Notes: generated from the letters alone by a model not told the origin. 64,000 bases of DNA from Candidatus Omnitrophota bacterium (GCA_037146775.1 JBAWWL010000009.1:68575-132574); one strand, 5' to 3'. Shown: positions 29,138 to 39,185, counted from the first letter of the stretch. Program-made: numbers and translations.

Positions 29138-29557
29138 TTAGTTACATTCCCCATGCGGAAGCATGGGGTCTTGCTCCTTTTTCTGATTACGTATATATCG
29201 CCTAACCTTTTCTATTTCTATTTTTTGTACCTGCCGATAGCCGTACCTAGTTGCCCAAAAAGCTTTTCCTTTCTCCACAGGCTTCCGCCTGTGGTATCTG
29301 CATTTCCCTTGCAAACAAAGACCCAAATGTATTTCTCTTGAAGAAACACTTTTTAGAGTTCTCACAACCGCAGATAGTTCTTCTTTAGTATTAACCTCTA
29401 CCAACAAATGCACGTGGTCTTTATTTGTTTCGTACTCTAATACTTTATATTTATGCCTTTGTATGCATTCTGCAAAAATATCCTTAATAGCTCGTTCCAT
29501 CCCATCCTGTAGTATTGGTTTTCTATATTTAGTCACAAACCAAACATGGCAATGCAT
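29138..29557 (-). mobile_element. tnpA: IS200/IS605-family Y1 (HUH) transposase TnpA. It is possibly a domesticated RAYT-like copy; only 9 bp separate it from the RND start.
   Basis: 139 aa. MHCHVWFVTKYRKPIL...DHVHLLVEV carries the HUH motif, with a downstream Tyr. It is flanked on one side by the heptamer array at 29557-29640. No room for a full IS end before the RND start. Confidence 0.8.
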
Positions 29558-29640
29558 CGCTCTGTCCTCTGACCTCTGCCCTCTGTCATCTGCCCTCTGT
29601 CATCTGCCCTCTGTCATCTGTCCTCTGTCTTCCGTCTCTT
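29557..29640. repeat. Heptamer tandem array (TCTGTCCTCTGACCTCTGCCCTCTGTCATCTG...) directly abutting the tnpA start. It also encodes the C-terminal tail of the adaptor protein.
   Basis: Same TCTGNCY family. It translates as ...EETEDRGQMTEGR at the end of ORF 29600..30577. Confidence 0.8.
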
Positions 29641-30508
29641 CCTCAACAACTACTTCCGCTCCCTCGCGTAGACGTTGCTGACCCATAATAACGACAAGAT
29701 CTCCTTCTTGTAACCCCTCGGTTACCTCATAATAGGGACCTTGACGGATACCTAAAGCAATCTTCTTTAATACTGCTTTCTTGTTCTCAATTGTAAACAC
29801 ATACAAATCCGGATATCTGCCTATAATCGCCTCTTTTAAAATAACCAGCGCCTTTTTATGTTCCTGCAAAACCAAGTTAACCCGGGCAAACATTCCTGAC
29901 TGGAGTTTATGCTCATAATTATCCACAGTAATCTCTATCGGCGCAGCACGGGTGCCTAAATCTACAACCGGGCTAATCTTGGTGATTTTTCCGACGAACT
30001 GTTCTGTGGAATATGCATCAACGCTTATGTTTGCACTCTGGCCTAATGAAATCTTGGATAAATATTTTTCAGGAATTTCTACCCCTATCTTTACTCTATC
30101 CATGCTCACCACCAAAGCGATCGCAGTCTGAGTATTCACATTAGTACCTATATCCACATACACTCTGCCTATTCTACCGCTTAAGGTACTTTCTACGGGC
30201 GCTTTCTCAAACTTTAAGCCCACCTCATCGCGATCAATGTAAGCGATTACCTCTCCTTTGTTAATTACGGCACCGTCTTCTTTCAGTTTTTCAATAATTT
30301 TACCGCTTACCTTAGGATAAATAGCGACTTCGTCTTCTGCTTTGATATTACCGACATATTCAAGGATGCTCGCCACATTCTTGAATGTGACTCTATATAC
30401 TTTCACCGGTATCGATTGCAAAGCTTCGTCTTTCTTTGCCCCTTGCGTCGAGCAAGCGCTCATAAACAATATGGCCATAGAAATTATTGCGATATTATTT
30501 TTTTTCAT
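29600..30508 (-). CDS. RND efflux periplasmic adaptor (membrane fusion protein), lipoprotein. The start is taken at MKKNNIAIISMAILFMSAC.
   Basis: Lipobox LFMSAC, a biotinyl/lipoyl-like half-barrel and beta-barrel HlyD-like pattern. Lies between tolC and the RND gene. Confidence 0.8.
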   Translation of the reverse strand: MKKNNIAIISMAILFMSACSTQGAKKDEALQSIPVKVYRVTFKNVASILEYVGNIKAEDEVAIYPKVSGKIIEKLKEDGAVINKGEVIAYIDRDEVGLKFEKAPVESTLSGRIGRVYVDIGTNVNTQTAIALVVSMDRVKIGVEIPEKYLSKISLGQSANISVDAYSTEQFVGKITKISPVVDLGTRAAPIEITVDNYEHKLQSGMFARVNLVLQEHKKALVILKEAIIGRYPDLYVFTIENKKAVLKKIALGIRQGPYYEVTEGLQEGDLVVIMGQQRLREGAEVVVEEETEDRGQMTEGR

Positions 30509-30524
30509 GTTATGTAAAAACATC

Positions 30525-31796
30525 TTACATGCTCCCCTCTGCCTTGTCCAGGCTGCTTTTAGCGATAATATAATCATAAAGCACTTGCTCTCTGTTAAAT
30601 AAAGACACCTTGTATTTAAGATACGCGTCGCTTAGATCAATCACACTGGCTATGCCTTGCTTATATCTCTTTTTCAAAGTATAAAGATTATTCTTATAAA
30701 AATTTGCATCGGACTCCGCAGCTTCTATCCCGCCTACCGCGGTCTTTAAAGCTAAATATGCATTTTTTAACTCTAACGCAATATCTCCGACGGTTCTTTC
30801 GCGTAAAAGCTGAGTCTGTTTTAAATCAACTATTGCCTGCTCTATTTTTGTCTTCGTAGAAAACCCGTCAAAGAGAGGCCAGGTTAAAGTAAAACCATAT
30901 ACATTATAATTCTTCCATTTACTTGAACCGACTGCGGTTGCGGTTACAAAACGGTCGCCACCATAAGAATCCCAGGTCGCATAAATCTCAGGCATATTCC
31001 CGGCTTTAGCTATATTGATTGCTTTTTTGTCTGCTTTTTCCTGCGCCTCATACTGTTTTATTTCCGGCCGCTTAGCCATGGCATTAAGTAATGCCTTATC
31101 ATAAATAACTTCCCGGGGTTCGTAAAAGAACTTTGCTTCGGGTTTTATGCTTACCGAATCTTTCATGAATAATAAATTACGCAGCTGCGCCTCGCTTGTC
31201 TTAGCCTGATTTAAAGAGGCTTCACAGTTTTTTTTAGCACTATCCAAAGAAGCTTTCACATTCAAAAGTTCATTCTCGGAAACTTCGCCTTTTCCGTAAC
31301 GTGCTTCTATCGTCGCATAGTGCTGTTCTGTATTTCTTAAGATTTTTTTATTTAAATCTGCAAAGTAATTTGCCAAAACCAGGGTACAAAATGATTTTTT
31401 GACTTGGAATACTAAGTCCAATTTTGTTTTGTCTCTAAGCGCTACCTCGACATCGCGTTTATATTCATTCTGCTTTATGGTATTAATAATTTTCCCGCTT
31501 TTAAAAATAACTTGTTTGAGGCTTGCATCAATCAAGGTGCTGGTATAAGGCTTATCTCTAAGCTCTTGGGTGGTATCTCGGTCAATAGAAAAATCTAAAG
31601 TAGGCAATATTTCCGTCCACGCTTCTTTAATTTTCCATTTGGCTTTTTCTATTGCTTCAGCGCTCAGCAATATATCACGGTTATCCCTTAAGGCAATCAC
31701 CACTGCCTCATCGAGAGTAAGAGCTACTTCTTTAGCGATAAGCACGGGTAAGAATAAAAAATTAGTGGCCAAGCAAAGTGTAATTATTTTTTTCAT
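30525..31796 (-). CDS. TolC-family outer membrane efflux protein
   Basis: 423 aa with a signal peptide and two TolC repeats of coiled-coil alpha-hairpins. Confidence 0.8.
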   Translation of the reverse strand: MKKIITLCLATNFLFLPVLIAKEVALTLDEAVVIALRDNRDILLSAEAIEKAKWKIKEAWTEILPTLDFSIDRDTTQELRDKPYTSTLIDASLKQVIFKSGKIINTIKQNEYKRDVEVALRDKTKLDLVFQVKKSFCTLVLANYFADLNKKILRNTEQHYATIEARYGKGEVSENELLNVKASLDSAKKNCEASLNQAKTSEAQLRNLLFMKDSVSIKPEAKFFYEPREVIYDKALLNAMAKRPEIKQYEAQEKADKKAINIAKAGNMPEIYATWDSYGGDRFVTATAVGSSKWKNYNVYGFTLTWPLFDGFSTKTKIEQAIVDLKQTQLLRERTVGDIALELKNAYLALKTAVGGIEAAESDANFYKNNLYTLKKRYKQGIASVIDLSDAYLKYKVSLFNREQVLYDYIIAKSSLDKAEGSM

Positions 31797-32251
31797 TTTG
31801 TAACAGGTGGTTCCCCGGTCAAGATATCTTTCATTTGAGTAATAATCCTTAAATAATTATTTCGGTCTTCTTCCGACATTTTTCCGAATACCTTAATCGC
31901 CATTTGCCGCCGGCATTCGCCGATCCTCTTAACAAGCGTATCGCCCTCGGGAGTTAATGTAACATTGATAATCCTGCGATCGCCGGTATCATGCGATCTC
32001 ACCGCATAACCCTCTCTGACCAGCCTATCCACCATACCAGTCATGGCTGCGGTAGTCACGTTCATACAACGAGCTAAGTCAGTCATCTTCGATGAGCCCT
32101 CGCGGTGTAAAGATTCCATGATAAAAAACTGCGGCAGGGTGATATTACCTTTATATAATTCGCCGGTTAAGCGCTTAGCAAATTCCTTCATAATAAGCGG
32201 CATAATCGTATTTAATTTGTCGGCAAAATCGGATAAAGAAATATGTTGCAT
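31793..32251 (-). CDS. MarR-family transcriptional regulator
   Basis: Winged-HTH MarR pattern (LPQFFIMESLHREGSSKMTDLARCMNVTTAAMTGMVDRLVREGYAVR). First gene of the efflux operon. Confidence 0.8.
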   Translation of the reverse strand: MQHISLSDFADKLNTIMPLIMKEFAKRLTGELYKGNITLPQFFIMESLHREGSSKMTDLARCMNVTTAAMTGMVDRLVREGYAVRSHDTGDRRIINVTLTPEGDTLVKRIGECRRQMAIKVFGKMSEEDRNNYLRIITQMKDILTGEPPVTK

Positions 32252-32254
32252 TGT

Positions 32255-32310
32255 TTAATTCTATTAATATTCAACTATATTGATTGTTAACTATGTTAAC
32301 TATATCAGAA
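32255..32310. promoter_or_regulatory. Putative MarR operator/promoter region: direct repeat GTTAACTAT GTTAACTAT plus an AT-rich -10-like sequence upstream of marR
   Basis: TATTAATATTCAACTATATTGATTGTTAACTATGTTAACTATATC lies immediately upstream of the marR start at 32251. Confidence 0.45.
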
Positions 32311-32608
32311 ATAGAAATTTTGTCAAGACAGATAAACCCAGATTCTGCCTGCTCCCGAAGGGAGCGAGCAAAATCTGTCCGAAGGGCCACCGCTAAAATT
32401 TCTAACCAACAGGCGCCCGTCGGGCAGCCTGCTGGGCTATGGAAATTTTGGAAAACGGCGGGGTAATCCCAAAATTTGCATTAGAAAGTGGTTGGCGTGT
32501 TTTACCCATTGAAAGGGTTGTGGCTATACAATTATTTTCTGCACTAAAAAAATGCAGGCAAATTTTGGGATAAAACCGAATTGTTCAGGTTAAATCTCCG
32601 GCGGAAGT

Positions 32609-32839
32609 CTAATTAGGGCATGCGCGAAACAAACTGAACGCAACCAAAACCGCACACAATAATACTATACCCATAATTCTGGTGTTACGGATTTCTTTAC
32701 TAAAAGAAATCGGCTCTATCCTCCAATTAATCCGGGCATAGAACTTCTGCTGTATAGAGATAGCACGGTTAGGATACCGGATAAAAAACACACCGGCAAG
32801 AGCAGCAAAAATACACCACAACAAATATATTATACGCAT
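32609..32839 (-). CDS. Small membrane protein (hypothetical)
   Basis: 76 aa with two TM helices and an RBS-like GGAGGAGGG. A perfect palindrome CCACGGGCATGCCCGTGG lies 15 bp upstream. Confidence 0.35.
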   Translation of the reverse strand: MRIIYLLWCIFAALAGVFFIRYPNRAISIQQKFYARINWRIEPISFSKEIRNTRIMGIVLLCAVLVAFSLFRACPN

Positions 32840-33193
32840 CGACCCTCCTCCACGGGCATGCCCGTGGCAACCACATCAGTAACATTCTGCTTATAACGAA
32901 ATTCATATGAGTGAATTCAAAATTCCAAGTACAAATTACAAACAAACTCTAAACACTAAACTCTAAATCCTAAATAAACTCAAAACGAAAAACTCAAAAT
33001 TAAAAACGATACTGGTTTGAGTTTGGAATATTTGAATTTTGGATTTGTTTAGGATTTAGGATTTCGGATTTAGAGTTTATCATAAGCCGTTACCGTTAAT
33101 CGGTTTTCACTACATACGACGTACTATGTACTACATACTATATACTCAGTACTCACTACTCACGACTATCTACCATGTACTACGTACGACATA

Positions 33194-33586
33194 CTATTTC
33201 ACTGCATATTTTCCCGCGCCCAACATCATAAGCGCCAAGCAGATGCACGCAATAACAAAAGTATATTCGAAACCTCCTTGCTGGATAAAAAATCCTTTAG
33301 ATAAATGCACGGTGGCTGCGGCTACCATGATAAATACCAATAATAATGCCGCCGCCAGTCTGGTCCAGAAACCAACCAGTAAACACACACCACCGATAAG
33401 TTCGCTGCAGGCCGCAATATAAGCCCACACCAAAGACGGTTTAAAACCAAGGCCTGAGAGCATCTGACTAAAACCATGCAGACCCGGACCGGAAAACAAA
33501 CCAAAACTTGCCTGCAAACCATGCCCGATAAACACAACTGCTAAACATAAACGTAAAACTAAAATAGCTACATCTGTCATATACAC
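33194..33586 (-). CDS. DoxX-family membrane protein
   Basis: MTDVAILVLRLCLAVVFIGHGLQ... matches the DoxX pattern. 130 aa with 4 TM helices. Confidence 0.7.
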   Translation of the reverse strand: MYMTDVAILVLRLCLAVVFIGHGLQASFGLFSGPGLHGFSQMLSGLGFKPSLVWAYIAACSELIGGVCLLVGFWTRLAAALLLVFIMVAAATVHLSKGFFIQQGGFEYTFVIACICLALMMLGAGKYAVK

Positions 33587-33659
33587 CTCCTCGTTAAAAC
33601 TTTCGTACCACTAAAGACATCTTATAATTATTCAAAAATTACGATTTTCTCGATATTTT

Positions 33660-34784
33660 TCATGAAACTTTTGACAGCATCAAAGCCTTGAGCACGCCCA
33701 CCTTATTCCTCCAGCCATATAAACGATAGATACACATTAAAAAATGTAAAACTATCGCCAACCTCCCCTTCAAATGTATACCCATAACTTGGCCACAGGC
33801 CCTATTATTAGCCATGGGTATAATATAACCAAAATCAAAAGGCTGATACTCCTTAAATTCCAGGCCCTTGATACTGCGGATAACCTGTGCGCCGGCAAAC
33901 AAGCCTTGTGTAATAGCAAACTGTACTGCCATCCGCAAACAAGTATTACCATACGAAAAACAGGCAGCATCTCCGGCCACAAAAATACTCTCATGTGCTT
34001 TAAGCGACATATCAACTTTTAATCTACCCTGCGGATTCTTCCCTAAAGAAAGCTTCTGGATAAAATCAGCGCAACGCACGCCGGCCGTCCAGATAAGCAT
34101 ACTGTTATTATAGTTCGAAGAATCAGAAAACCGCAGGCTTCTTTCCTCTATTCTTTCGACAACCACGCCGGTAGCAACTTCGATATCCAGCATCCTAAGA
34201 TTATCCGAAACATAAGCTTTCATCCAATCCGGCAGTGGACCTAAAATTGAAACTGCGCGTTCAGCAATAATGATTCTACCCTTTTTTCCGTGGCGGTTAA
34301 GGTAACAACGCAGGCCACAAGCTACTTCTATGCCGCTATAGCCGGCGCCGGCTACAATAAAATTCTCGTATTGGTTCCGGCCTAATGCAGCGGTTATTTT
34401 CACCGCATCTTGCGCACTATCCAACGTGTATCCGTACTTTTTTACGGCATCGTTGCCGTAACTGTTTGTTTCGGTGCCGCTGGCAAGAATCAGATAATCA
34501 TACGGGAATACTGCGTCAGAGGTAATAACTTCTTTCTTTTCTGGATCCAAAGCAATAACTTCTTTATTGAAAAAACGAGCGCCGTATTTCAAAGCAATCG
34601 GCCCAAGCTCACAGGTTATAAAACGCGGGCTGATATTTCTGGCAAAACAATCAGGAAGTAACGGCAGAAAATCAAAGGTTTCTTTTTTGTCGATAAGAAG
34701 AATATCCAGAGGAACTTTTGCGCTTGCCAGCCGAACGAGTGCGGCTATGCCAGAAAATCCCGCGCCAACTATTATAATTCTCAT
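33660..34784 (-). CDS. NAD(P)/FAD-dependent oxidoreductase (type II NADH dehydrogenase / pyridine nucleotide-disulfide oxidoreductase-like)
   Basis: N-terminal IIVGAGFSG Rossmann motif and a second NAD-binding motif FIVAGAGYSGIE. 374 aa. Confidence 0.7.
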   Translation of the reverse strand: MRIIIVGAGFSGIAALVRLASAKVPLDILLIDKKETFDFLPLLPDCFARNISPRFITCELGPIALKYGARFFNKEVIALDPEKKEVITSDAVFPYDYLILASGTETNSYGNDAVKKYGYTLDSAQDAVKITAALGRNQYENFIVAGAGYSGIEVACGLRCYLNRHGKKGRIIIAERAVSILGPLPDWMKAYVSDNLRMLDIEVATGVVVERIEERSLRFSDSSNYNNSMLIWTAGVRCADFIQKLSLGKNPQGRLKVDMSLKAHESIFVAGDAACFSYGNTCLRMAVQFAITQGLFAGAQVIRSIKGLEFKEYQPFDFGYIIPMANNRACGQVMGIHLKGRLAIVLHFLMCIYRLYGWRNKVGVLKALMLSKVS

Positions 34785-35695
34785 CGTATAAAAATGGCAG
34801 CAATCATTATTACGCTTACCATTACCTGTATACAGATGGTAAGTTTCGAAGAAAGCATAAGTTTAGTTTTATCAAGATAGTGGTGTTTCAAAATACCTAT
34901 CGCTTTTACGGCAGGAAATATCCCCAGTAAAGAACATAGCGCAAACGGACTGACGTATCGGCGCTGGACCAGAACCACTATTGAAATAAATCCAGCCACG
35001 ACCAGCAGACGATAGAAAACATAAGCACGATCCAGGCCAAGAATACTTACCCAATTCATTTTTTTTGCCCTTACGTCGTCGCTATAATCAGGAATTTCGT
35101 TGGCAAAAAGAATCGCGGTAGTAAAAATACCGAAAGGAACAGACAAAAGAAAACTCTTCATGTCCGGGAATAGTTTTGTTTGGATAAAATAGCCGCCCAT
35201 GACTAACGCCGGGCCGAAGGTAAGAAAAATAATAAACTCACCACACCTACGGTAAGAAAACTGCAAAGGCTTATGTGAATATGACCAGCCCAACAAAAGT
35301 ATCACCAGATAATATCCGACAACACTTGAAGCCTTAAGCGTTATACTTAAACCAAGAACGCAAAAACCGGCCGCAAGGGCGGTGAACGCGGCTAAACGCT
35401 TAAAAAATAACTCGGAAAATACTTTTTCCTGAATAAGCTTGGAGCCGCCAAAAAATTTATAGAAATTTTTATCCTGCCAGTCCGCGCCGCTTTTTGAATC
35501 CGCGTAATCATTCATCAAATTAGCGCTCAAATGCGTGGCGATTACTGCCCCCAACCCAAATAAAAATGTTATTATATGAAAATTTTCTCTTACATACAAA
35601 GAACCAAAGATAAATGGTAATACACTTGCGCTTAAAAACGGCAGGCGCAAGGCGCGGGAAAGGTTCTTTATTGTAATTTTTTTATTTGCAGCCAT
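34781..35695 (-). CDS. UbiA-family prenyltransferase (candidate lycopene elongase-like or MenA-like)
   Basis: Polytopic membrane protein with an NDYADSKSGAD aspartate-rich motif. It is adjacent to carotenoid genes. Confidence 0.7.
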   Translation of the reverse strand: MAANKKITIKNLSRALRLPFLSASVLPFIFGSLYVRENFHIITFLFGLGAVIATHLSANLMNDYADSKSGADWQDKNFYKFFGGSKLIQEKVFSELFFKRLAAFTALAAGFCVLGLSITLKASSVVGYYLVILLLGWSYSHKPLQFSYRRCGEFIIFLTFGPALVMGGYFIQTKLFPDMKSFLLSVPFGIFTTAILFANEIPDYSDDVRAKKMNWVSILGLDRAYVFYRLLVVAGFISIVVLVQRRYVSPFALCSLLGIFPAVKAIGILKHHYLDKTKLMLSSKLTICIQVMVSVIMIAAIFIR

Positions 35696-35720
35696 ACCAG
35701 CTTCATGTTAACATAAAGCC

Positions 35721-36761
35721 ATGTTTTTGGAAATAAAAAAAAGGATAGAAGCGGAACTGGACAAATATATCCACGAAGCCAATGAACTATACCGCCTAAA
35801 AAAGATATCCCCCCTGCTTTTTAACGCTATAAAAGAGTTTATTTCCCGGGAAGGCAAACGCGTGCGGCCCATTCTTTTTGTAGTAAGCTACCTCGGTTTT
35901 GCGAAAAAAACCGCTCCCGGACTATACCGCAGCGCGCTCTCTCTGGAGCTCTTACACGATTTCATGCTCGTTCACGATGATATCATTGATAAGTCAGAGA
36001 CCCGCAGAGGGAAACCTTCAATGCACGCACTTTTAAACACTTATCTTAGCGAACATACACACGTAAAATTTAGCGGTCAAGACCTGACTATCGTGGTAGG
36101 AGACGTAATGTATGCCATGGCTATTCACTCCTTTTTAGCGATCCGGGAAAAATTAGAGCGTAAAGAACGCGCACTACAGAAACTCGTTGATGCGGCTATG
36201 TATACCGGGAGCGGAGAATTTATTGAGCTTTTAGCCGGCCTGAATCGGATTGACGCCATTAAAAAACAAGATATCTATAAAATCTATGACTTTAAAACTG
36301 CCTGCTATACCTTCGCCACCCCTCTTTCCATGGGAGCGATACTTGCCGGAGCGCGAGACGAGGAAGTAAAAAAACTCTTTGCTTGCGGCATATATTTAGG
36401 GAGAGCTTTCCAAATCAAAGACGATATTCTCGGTATGTTCGGTGACGAGAAAAAAATCGGAAAATCAACTACTACCGATTTACAGGAGGCGAAAAAAACG
36501 ATCCTTATCTGGTATGCCTACCATCATGCTTCTTCCAATGACAAAAAAGTAATCGAATCTCTGCTGGAAAAAGAAATGATAAACACCCAAGATATAGAAA
36601 CTATGCGTGCCATCGTGACCCAATCAGGAGCGCTTATCTTCGCAGAAAAAGAGATAGCAGCTTTGGTACAAAAAGTAAAAACTTTAAGCGCAGCCTCCAG
36701 GATGCAATCGTCATATCAAGAAGCGCTCACCGCTTATTTCAAGAAACTACTCGCCATATAA
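35721..36761 (+). CDS. crtE: Polyprenyl (geranylgeranyl) diphosphate synthase
   Basis: First aspartate-rich motif is LVHDDIID. Second is FQIKDDILG. Confidence 0.8.
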   Translation: MFLEIKKRIEAELDKYIHEANELYRLKKISPLLFNAIKEFISREGKRVRPILFVVSYLGFAKKTAPGLYRSALSLELLHDFMLVHDDIIDKSETRRGKPSMHALLNTYLSEHTHVKFSGQDLTIVVGDVMYAMAIHSFLAIREKLERKERALQKLVDAAMYTGSGEFIELLAGLNRIDAIKKQDIYKIYDFKTACYTFATPLSMGAILAGARDEEVKKLFACGIYLGRAFQIKDDILGMFGDEKKIGKSTTTDLQEAKKTILIWYAYHHASSNDKKVIESLLEKEMINTQDIETMRAIVTQSGALIFAEKEIAALVQKVKTLSAASRMQSSYQEALTAYFKKLLAI

Positions 36762-36765
36762 TCCT

Positions 36766-37641
36766 TCAGTCAGCGGCACAAACAAATTTACAAGTATTAC
36801 TTTTAATATCCAAAACGAGCTCATTCTGAGGGTCAATCGCTAAGGCTTTGCCCAGATATTGCTCATACTGGGCACTATCGCCCTTCCTTTGATATACTTG
36901 AGCCAGGCGCACATAAATATCCACAAAGCCGGGATCGGCATGGAGAGCTTTTTCTAAATAAACTTGCGCTTTTTGCAGATTTCCTCCGGCAAGCGAAGGC
37001 GCCAGAAGATAGAAACTGCCAAGTCCAAATAATACCGCCGCCGCATCCGGCTGCAGGCTTTCGGCCTTCTTTAAAGTTGACAAAACCGACGTGCCGTTAA
37101 TAAGTTTGGAAAGCGGTCCGCCATAATGCGCGATCATTCCTTTTGATCCGGCCGTTAAAAGATACGCCCGGACATAGTTACTTAAATCAACATTATCTTT
37201 ACCCTGCCTTATAACCTCACTCGCCAACGACACCGCCCGCTCAAACTCCATCTTGTTATATTTGATATATCCTAAACTGATATGCGCGGGAGCAAAACGC
37301 GGATGGGAAACAACCACTGCTTCTAGCATAGTTTCAGCGTCATGTACGTTGTGCTTACGCCGATATACCTCCGCCAGGCCCCATTGCGCTTCAACGACCT
37401 CGGGAGAAAGCTTGGCTATCTTAACAAAAGCACTCTCTGCCTCGTTATCTTGGTGCACATTCAAATAAACTAAGGCCAATACATATAGATCGTTTACGGA
37501 ATCCGGGCTCTTCTCGACTGCCGAGACTGCCTGGCTGATATCAATCTTATCAGCAGCCTCGTGTAAATTCTTCCAATCCAGGCCATAGCCGCTGGGCAAA
37601 ACACCAAGAAGCATAAGAAAGAATATTATTATGTGTTTCAT
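36766..37641 (-). CDS. Secreted TPR-repeat protein
   Basis: Signal peptide MKHIIIFFLMLLGVLPSG and multiple TPR-like helical repeats. Confidence 0.55.
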   Translation of the reverse strand: MKHIIIFFLMLLGVLPSGYGLDWKNLHEAADKIDISQAVSAVEKSPDSVNDLYVLALVYLNVHQDNEAESAFVKIAKLSPEVVEAQWGLAEVYRRKHNVHDAETMLEAVVVSHPRFAPAHISLGYIKYNKMEFERAVSLASEVIRQGKDNVDLSNYVRAYLLTAGSKGMIAHYGGPLSKLINGTSVLSTLKKAESLQPDAAAVLFGLGSFYLLAPSLAGGNLQKAQVYLEKALHADPGFVDIYVRLAQVYQRKGDSAQYEQYLGKALAIDPQNELVLDIKSNTCKFVCAAD

Positions 37642-37931
37642 GATTGCCTCCGCTTACCACGCTCCCACAAAACAATACTTACGGTCACCATACTAAAACC
37701 AAAAAGAAAATCCTCAAAAGGTATAGTAAAAATCCTATAGCCTAAAAAAAATTGCGGGTTATAAAGTACCACCTGCCGGGTAAGATAACCATTCACAAGC
37801 AGTTTGAAACAAAGAATTATGAACAAAAAAACACAGAACTCTTTTCTGCACAATAGGCGTGTGCCGCTCATCCTATCAAAAAGCACTGCCGCCAAAACCG
37901 ACGCGACCGAAAGTATGGTATATTCTTTCAT
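37638..37931 (-). CDS. Lycopene cyclase-domain small membrane protein (CrtYc/Yd-, CrtYe/Yf-type subunit). The start is taken at MKEYTIL.
   Basis: About 97 aa with 3 TM helices and the PFEDFLFGF motif typical of heterodimeric lycopene cyclase domain proteins. Confidence 0.55.
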   Translation of the reverse strand: MKEYTILSVASVLAAVLFDRMSGTRLLCRKEFCVFLFIILCFKLLVNGYLTRQVVLYNPQFFLGYRIFTIPFEDFLFGFSMVTVSIVLWERGKRRQS

Positions 37932-38236
37932 CGAATTCTTCCCCGGATATAGTTTACTATTTCCCAGGTAAAAATGCAGCAAAACGGTATGACAACAAAA
38001 AATAATATTTCTTCAATGGGCAGATTAATGATCCGTGCCGGCCACACACTGTGTGGATCAAATGACCAGTGTCCGCGATAAGTAGCAATCACATCCCAGC
38101 CGCCGAAAATAAACACAACCAGCGCTATAACCTTGAAAAGATTTAAACGGTTACGCCAAAAATGAAGCCCTGGCCAGAAACTGGCCAGTAAAGGAATGAT
38201 ACCGCTGGCTAGAAGCGCAAAAAAATATTTCGACAT
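37928..38236 (-). CDS. Lycopene cyclase-domain small membrane protein (second subunit)
   Basis: 102 aa with 3 TM helices and the PIEEILFFVVIPF motif. Confidence 0.6.
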   Translation of the reverse strand: MSKYFFALLASGIIPLLASFWPGLHFWRNRLNLFKVIALVVFIFGGWDVIATYRGHWSFDPHSVWPARIINLPIEEILFFVVIPFCCIFTWEIVNYIRGRIR

Positions 38237-38264
38237 AGCTTTATTGTAGCGTTAGGGAAGCGAT

Positions 38265-39185
38265 TTGCAACCATCAATTACATCTTGGTTTTATGGTAAA
38301 TCCGGTGTAAAATGTTTTATGCACACCAAATACAAAAGCATAAAAAAAGGTTTTCTGCAAGCCAGAGCAATCACCAAAAAGCACGCAAAGACGTTTTATT
38401 TCGCCTCTTTATTTTTATCCAAAAAAAAACAATCCGCAGCATACGCGGTCTATGCCATATGTAGAATCAGCGACGAATCCGTAGACAACACCAGGCAATC
38501 CGGGCAAGATACAGCGCTTACGCGCATCAAAGAAAATATCGCAGCCGCCTATGCAAGTAATCCGCTCCAAGACGATTTGCTTAAAGCCTTTCGAAAAACA
38601 GTCAAAACATACCGCATTCCCAAACACTATTTTGATGAACTCATCGAAGGAATGGATATGGACACCCGCGTCAGCCGTTACGAAACCTTCCAGGAATTAT
38701 ACCGCTATTGCTATAAAGTCGCCGGCGTAGTCGGCCTGATTATGCTCAAAATTTTCGGCTACCAAAACCCGCAAGCCGAGGCTTACGCCGTTGATTTAGG
38801 GGTGGCTATGCAGCTTACCAATATTATCCGGGATATCGCTGAAGATTTCGAAAAAGGAAGGATTTATCTACCGGCTCATGACCTGCGTCAATTCGGTGTC
38901 TCGGAAAAAATGATAACCCAGGGAATTGTTGACGATAAATTCATAGCGCTCTTAAAATATCAGATTGAACGGGCCAGACACTACTACAAAACAGCCTCAA
39001 AAGGCATACCGCTCATCAGCGACAGAAACTGCCGCTTTGTAACTTTGGCAATGCAAGAGCTGTACTCAGGGATATTAGCTGCCGTAGAAAGGAATAACTA
39101 CGATGTTTTTTCGCAGCGTGCCCAGGTAAGCACCATAAAAAAAATTCTTACCGCCTCAAAAATCGCCTTACGCCAAGAATACTAA
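38265..39185 (+). CDS. crtB: Phytoene synthase (squalene/phytoene synthase family). The start may be the Met at about 38319.
   Basis: YAVYAICRISDESVD (first Asp-rich region) and YCYKVAGVVGLIM...DLGVAMQLTNIIRDIAED (second Asp-rich region). Confidence 0.8.
   Translation: MQPSITSWFYGKSGVKCFMHTKYKSIKKGFLQARAITKKHAKTFYFASLFLSKKKQSAAYAVYAICRISDESVDNTRQSGQDTALTRIKENIAAAYASNPLQDDLLKAFRKTVKTYRIPKHYFDELIEGMDMDTRVSRYETFQELYRYCYKVAGVVGLIMLKIFGYQNPQAEAYAVDLGVAMQLTNIIRDIAEDFEKGRIYLPAHDLRQFGVSEKMITQGIVDDKFIALLKYQIERARHYYKTASKGIPLISDRNCRFVTLAMQELYSGILAAVERNNYDVFSQRAQVSTIKKILTASKIALRQEY

Noticed and set aside
32852-32870. Perfect palindrome CCACGGGCATGCCCGTGG as a restriction or defence-related site
   Set aside because: It is a single occurrence, 15 bp upstream of a small membrane-protein gene. 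An operator or terminator-like hairpin is more likely, and there is no supporting gene context.
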